Assembly (NCBI GenBank): GCA_016293205.1
Contig: JAEDES010000005.1
Span: 1-55,623 of the forward strand
Reading direction: 5' to 3'
Length of the DNA stretch: 55,623 nucleotides
Origin: Bacilli bacterium
GTDB taxonomy: Bacteria; Bacillota_I; Bacilli_A; RF39; UBA660
Shown: piece by piece, positions 52,363 through 55,623 of the stretch
How positions within the stretch are numbered: the stretch's first letter is position 1
Layout of the letters: every line of letters begins with the position of its first letter
Notes under the pieces: model-generated
Database searches by the model: none
What the model was told of the DNA's origin: nothing
Seen by the model: only the letters and a program-made list of their open reading frames with translations
Made by a program: the position numbers and the translations under genes

Positions 52363-53754
52363 ATGAAGATTAATGAATTGTTTGAAACAGAACTTAATTT
52401 TGAAATTACTGGTATTGTAGATGATAGTAGAGATGTAAAGGATGGGTATTTGTTTGTAGCAACAAAAGGTTTTAATGTAGATCATTATGACTATATTGAT
52501 ATGGCTATTAGAAATGGTGCTGTTTGTGTTGTTGCAGATAGAGAAGTTAATTGTAGTGTACCTGTATTTTATGTTGAAGATATAAATAATTATTATGTTT
52601 TATTATGTAAGAAATTTAATAATATATTAGATAATGATTTTGATTATATAGGAGTAACTGGTACTGACGGTAAGACTACTTCAACTAGTATTATCAATCA
52701 AATACTTAGTAAACATCAAAAGTGTGCTTTGATTGGTACTAACGGAATGTTTATTGGAGAAGATAAATATAATACAAGTAATACAACTCCTTGTGTATCA
52801 GAATTATATGATGTATTAGGTATTGCTAAAGCTAATGGATGTAAACAGGTTGTAATGGAAGTGTCAAGTGAAGCTCTGCTTCATAATCGAGTAGAAGGTA
52901 TTAAATACTCTATAGTAGGTTTTACTAATATTACAGAAGATCATTTAAATGTTCATGGTAGTATTGGAAATTATATTGAATGTAAATTGAAGTTATTAGA
53001 ACATTTAAAAGAAGATGGTATTGTCGTTTATAATGGAGATGATGTCAATCTTTGTCAAATAAAAGGGTATTCTTTTGGTGTAAACCAAGATTGTGATTTT
53101 GTAATTAGTAATGTTATAGAAGAGTCAAATGTTGTAAAGTTTAATATTACTTATAAGGGTGTTGATTATGATATAGTAAGTCCACTTGTAGGTTTATATA
53201 ATGTTTATAATATAACAATGGCTTTTGCAATTTGTTTATTATATGGAGTGGATTCTTCGTTTATAATTGAATGTATTAAAGATTTAAAACCTATTTATGG
53301 TAGAAGAGAATATTTAGATTTTGGACAAAACTTTGATTTAATACTTGATTATGCTCATACATTTAATGGTATTAAAAGCATTCTTGAAAGTTGCGAGAAT
53401 TATAAAACAATTATTACTGTTACAGGTGCAGCTGGTGGCCGTGAAGTTGAAAAGAGAAGTAAGATTGGAAAAATTGTTTTAGAAAAGAGTGACGTTGTTG
53501 TATTTACAATGGATGATCCTCGATATGAAAGTGTTGATAAAATCATTGATGATTTAGCTGGAGATACTAAAAAAGAATATTTTAGAATTAAAGATAGAGT
53601 TGAAGCAATTCATTTTGCTTTAAAAGTAGGAGCTAAAAATCCTGGTAGCGTTGTTTTAATACTTGGTAAGGGTAGAGATAATTATATGGCTATAGAAGAT
53701 AAAAAGGTTCCATATTGTGATTATGATGTGATCAAAGAATACTATGAAAAATAG
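52363..53754 (+). CDS. murE: UDP-N-acetylmuramoyl-L-alanyl-D-glutamate--diamino acid ligase (MurE)
   Basis: The MurE N-terminus (DDSRDVKDGYLFVA), P-loop GVTGTDGKTT, and DDPR at the position of the DNPR specificity motif. Confidence 0.88.
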   Translation: MKINELFETELNFEITGIVDDSRDVKDGYLFVATKGFNVDHYDYIDMAIRNGAVCVVADREVNCSVPVFYVEDINNYYVLLCKKFNNILDNDFDYIGVTGTDGKTTSTSIINQILSKHQKCALIGTNGMFIGEDKYNTSNTTPCVSELYDVLGIAKANGCKQVVMEVSSEALLHNRVEGIKYSIVGFTNITEDHLNVHGSIGNYIECKLKLLEHLKEDGIVVYNGDDVNLCQIKGYSFGVNQDCDFVISNVIEESNVVKFNITYKGVDYDIVSPLVGLYNVYNITMAFAICLLYGVDSSFIIECIKDLKPIYGRREYLDFGQNFDLILDYAHTFNGIKSILESCENYKTIITVTGAAGGREVEKRSKIGKIVLEKSDVVVFTMDDPRYESVDKIIDDLAGDTKKEYFRIKDRVEAIHFALKVGAKNPGSVVLILGKGRDNYMAIEDKKVPYCDYDVIKEYYEK

Positions 53755-53773
53755 TGACTTTGGTCACTTTTTC
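53753..53773 (+). terminator. rho-independent terminator after murE
   Basis: AGTGAC-tttg-GTCACT followed by TTTT. Confidence 0.7.
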
Positions 53774-53779
53774 TTTTCC

Positions 53780-53808
53780 TTGACATTGATATAAAATAAA
53801 TTTACAAT
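53780..53808 (+). promoter_or_regulatory. sigma-A promoter of rny
   Basis: TTGACA (53780-53785), 17 nt spacer, TACAAT (53803-53808). It is followed by a 5' UTR hairpin, ATTAGAT-tagtagta-ATCTAAT. Confidence 0.75.
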
Positions 53809-53851
53809 AGAATTAGATTAGTAGTAATCTAATCATCGAATGGAGGAGAAT

Positions 53852-55405
53852 ATGGATAATATGTGGTTCTCCATTTTACTTGTAGCTGTAGGGCTACTAT
53901 TTGGTTTAATTTTAGCTTTTGTTGTTAATAGTTTAAGAGTGTCAAAAGCTGCTAAAGAAGCAGAAAAATTAATCGCTAATGCTAAGAAAGATGTAGAAAA
54001 GATTAAAAGAGACGCTGCTATTGAACAAAAAGAAGAAGCTCATAAATTGAAGATGGATTTAGATAAAGAAATTCGTGAAAGAAAGGAAGAGTTAAAAGAA
54101 TCTGAAAATAGATTATTACAACGTGAAGCGAATATTGATAAACGTGATGAGTTATATCAAAAACGTGAACAAGCTTTAGATGAACGTGAAGCTAAACTTT
54201 CTGAACGAGTAGAAGAAATTCAAAATGAAAAAAGTAAAGTGGAGGAAATAAGAAAAGAACAATTAGAATTGTTACAAAAAATTTCTGGTTTCAGTAAAGA
54301 AAAGGCTCGTGAACAAATTATGAGTCAAGTTAAAGAAACAATGAATAAAGAAATTAATGAATATATTCATGAAAGAGAAAATGAAGCTAAATTAATAGCT
54401 GATAAGACTGCTCGTGAATATATCGTTAGTTCTATGCAAAGATATGCTGCAGATATTGCAAGTGACCAAACTGTTACAGTAGTTGATTTACCTACTGAAG
54501 AAATGAAGGGTAGAATTATTGGACGTGAAGGTCGTAATATTAGAACAATTGAATCTATTACAGGTGTTGATTTAATTATTGATGATACTCCCGAAGCTGT
54601 AGTATTATCAAGTTTTGATCCGCTTAGAAGAGAAACTGCTAGAGTTACTCTTGAAAGTTTAATTAAGGATGGAAGAATTCATCCAACTCGTATTGAAGAA
54701 TTATATGATAAAGTATGTAAAGATATGAAACAAAAAATTCTTGAATATGGACAAGAAGCTATATTTGAACTTGGTTTAACTAAGTTTGATCCAGCTTTAC
54801 TTGAAATTATTGGTAAATTACATTTTAGAACTAGTTATGGTCAAAATGCTTTACAACATTCAATTGAAGTTGGACAATTATCTGGTTTAATTGCTGCTGA
54901 ATTAGGAGAGAATGTTACTCTTGCTAAGAGAGCAGGATTATTACATGATATTGGTAAAGCAATTGATCATGAAATTGAAGGTAGCCATGTAGAAATTGGT
55001 GCTGATTTAGCTAAGAAATATCATGAAGATGAAGTTGTTATTAATTCAATTGCATCACATCATGGTGATACTGCTGCTAATAGTGTTATTGCGACAATTG
55101 TTGCAATTGCAGATGCACTTTCTGCTAGTAGACCTGGTGCACGTAATGACTCTTTAGAAAATTACATTAAGAGACTTTCTCAATTAGAAGAAGTTGGAAA
55201 TGGAATTAAAGGAGTAGATAAGACATTTGCTGTTCAAGCAGGTCGCGAATTACGTGTTATTGTTAAACCTGATGAGATTGATGATTTAGAAAGTCATAGA
55301 GTAGCGAGAGAAGTTAAAGAAAAGATTGAAGCTACTATGAAATATCCAGGTACAATTAAAATTACAGTTGTACGTGAAACAAGAGCACAAGAAGAAGCAA
55401 AATAA
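53852..55405 (+). CDS. rny: ribonuclease Y
   Basis: N-terminal TM segment, coiled coil, KH domain (GREGRNIR) and HD domain (LLHDIGKA). The ATG at 53852 lies after GGAGGAG; the track's ATG at 53840 overlaps that SD. Confidence 0.95.
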   Translation: MDNMWFSILLVAVGLLFGLILAFVVNSLRVSKAAKEAEKLIANAKKDVEKIKRDAAIEQKEEAHKLKMDLDKEIRERKEELKESENRLLQREANIDKRDELYQKREQALDEREAKLSERVEEIQNEKSKVEEIRKEQLELLQKISGFSKEKAREQIMSQVKETMNKEINEYIHERENEAKLIADKTAREYIVSSMQRYAADIASDQTVTVVDLPTEEMKGRIIGREGRNIRTIESITGVDLIIDDTPEAVVLSSFDPLRRETARVTLESLIKDGRIHPTRIEELYDKVCKDMKQKILEYGQEAIFELGLTKFDPALLEIIGKLHFRTSYGQNALQHSIEVGQLSGLIAAELGENVTLAKRAGLLHDIGKAIDHEIEGSHVEIGADLAKKYHEDEVVINSIASHHGDTAANSVIATIVAIADALSASRPGARNDSLENYIKRLSQLEEVGNGIKGVDKTFAVQAGRELRVIVKPDEIDDLESHRVAREVKEKIEATMKYPGTIKITVVRETRAQEEAK

Positions 55406-55427
55406 TTATTTTTTGCTTCTTTTTTTG
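55394..55427 (+). terminator. rho-independent terminator after rny
   Basis: GAAGCAAAA-8 nt-TTTTGCTTC followed by 7 T. Confidence 0.85.
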
Positions 55428-55453
55428 TTAATAATATAGTTGAGGAGGTTAAT

Positions 55454-55623
55454 ATGAAAAATCGACTATATTTGTTCTGGCTAATTGGAAGAAATGTTTA
55501 CAACAAACAGAAATTTTATGAAAACGTTTGTTGCAAGTATTCAGAATATTATTCATATAAATATGGCAATAGTAATATGTTTAGTAGAGATAATTTAAAA
55601 TATATGAGTAATTTTTATTGTAG
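55454..55623 (+). CDS. DUF1016/YhcG-like protein (PD-(D/E)XK nuclease family), N-terminal fragment cut by the window end
   Basis: Not in the ORF track. SD is GAGGAGG. MKNRLYLFWLIGRNVYNKQKFYENVCCKYSEYYSYKYGNSNMFSRDNLKYMSNFYC resembles the N-terminal YhcG pattern (yW.iG..i....yG..vi..ls..l....G.gFs..NL..Mr.FY). Confidence 0.55.
   Translation, partial: MKNRLYLFWLIGRNVYNKQKFYENVCCKYSEYYSYKYGNSNMFSRDNLKYMSNFYC

Noticed and set aside
1-55623. CRISPR arrays, tRNA/rRNA genes, IS elements, integrases, prophage or conjugative modules, and alternative genetic code 4.
   Set aside because: I saw no regularly spaced direct repeats, no tRNA-like T-arm motifs in the intergenic regions and no transposase- or integrase-like ORFs. 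TGA terminates several well-supported genes (for example the radical SAM gene) while Trp is encoded by TGG.

Overview
This is a visibly very AT-rich 55.6 kb chromosomal segment, probably from a low-GC, endospore-forming Firmicute (Bacillota). That inference rests on two T-box leaders, a type-B RNase P RNA, and spoIVA, spoVIF, cse60 and an alpha/beta SASP. TGA is used as a stop codon and TGG encodes Trp, so this is genetic code 11, not a mollicute code.

Almost everything here is core housekeeping. I support 59 CDS, 4 of them absent from the ORF track, and about 20 have start codons re-placed downstream of the track's GTG/TTG extensions on Shine-Dalgarno (SD) evidence. RNA and regulatory features are 1 RNase P RNA, 2 T-box riboswitches (Leu, Tyr), a structured rpsD leader, many rho-independent terminators and several near-consensus promoters.

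Gene order echoes three B. subtilis neighbourhoods:
- the 'yt' region: ytqA-like, leuS, cse60/yteV, ytgP-like, trmB, ytxG/ytxH-like, tyrS, rpsD, ezrA, thiI, ssp, ackA
- der...spoIVA-hbs and dnaD-nth / ponA-recU / gpsB-rnpB
- rodZ(ymfM)-pgsA-recA-rny

I saw no rRNA, tRNA, CRISPR array, transposase, integrase or phage genes, and no clear-cut novel defence or mobile system.

The candidates most worth follow-up:
1. A self-contained operon encoding an unassignable Zn-ribbon protein, a PHP phosphoesterase and a Fic AMPylase.
2. Both T-box leaders control bicistrons whose first gene is not an aaRS: a CYTH enzyme before tyrS and a 3-TM protein before leuS.
3. rnpB is wedged between gpsB and a rodZ-like gene with no room for its own promoter or terminator.
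4. Unannotated monocistronic sporulation-type small ORFs.
5. A hairpin that hides the spoVIF SD.
6. A pseudoknot-capable rpsD leader.

Functional calls rest on motif recognition from memory, not on searches.
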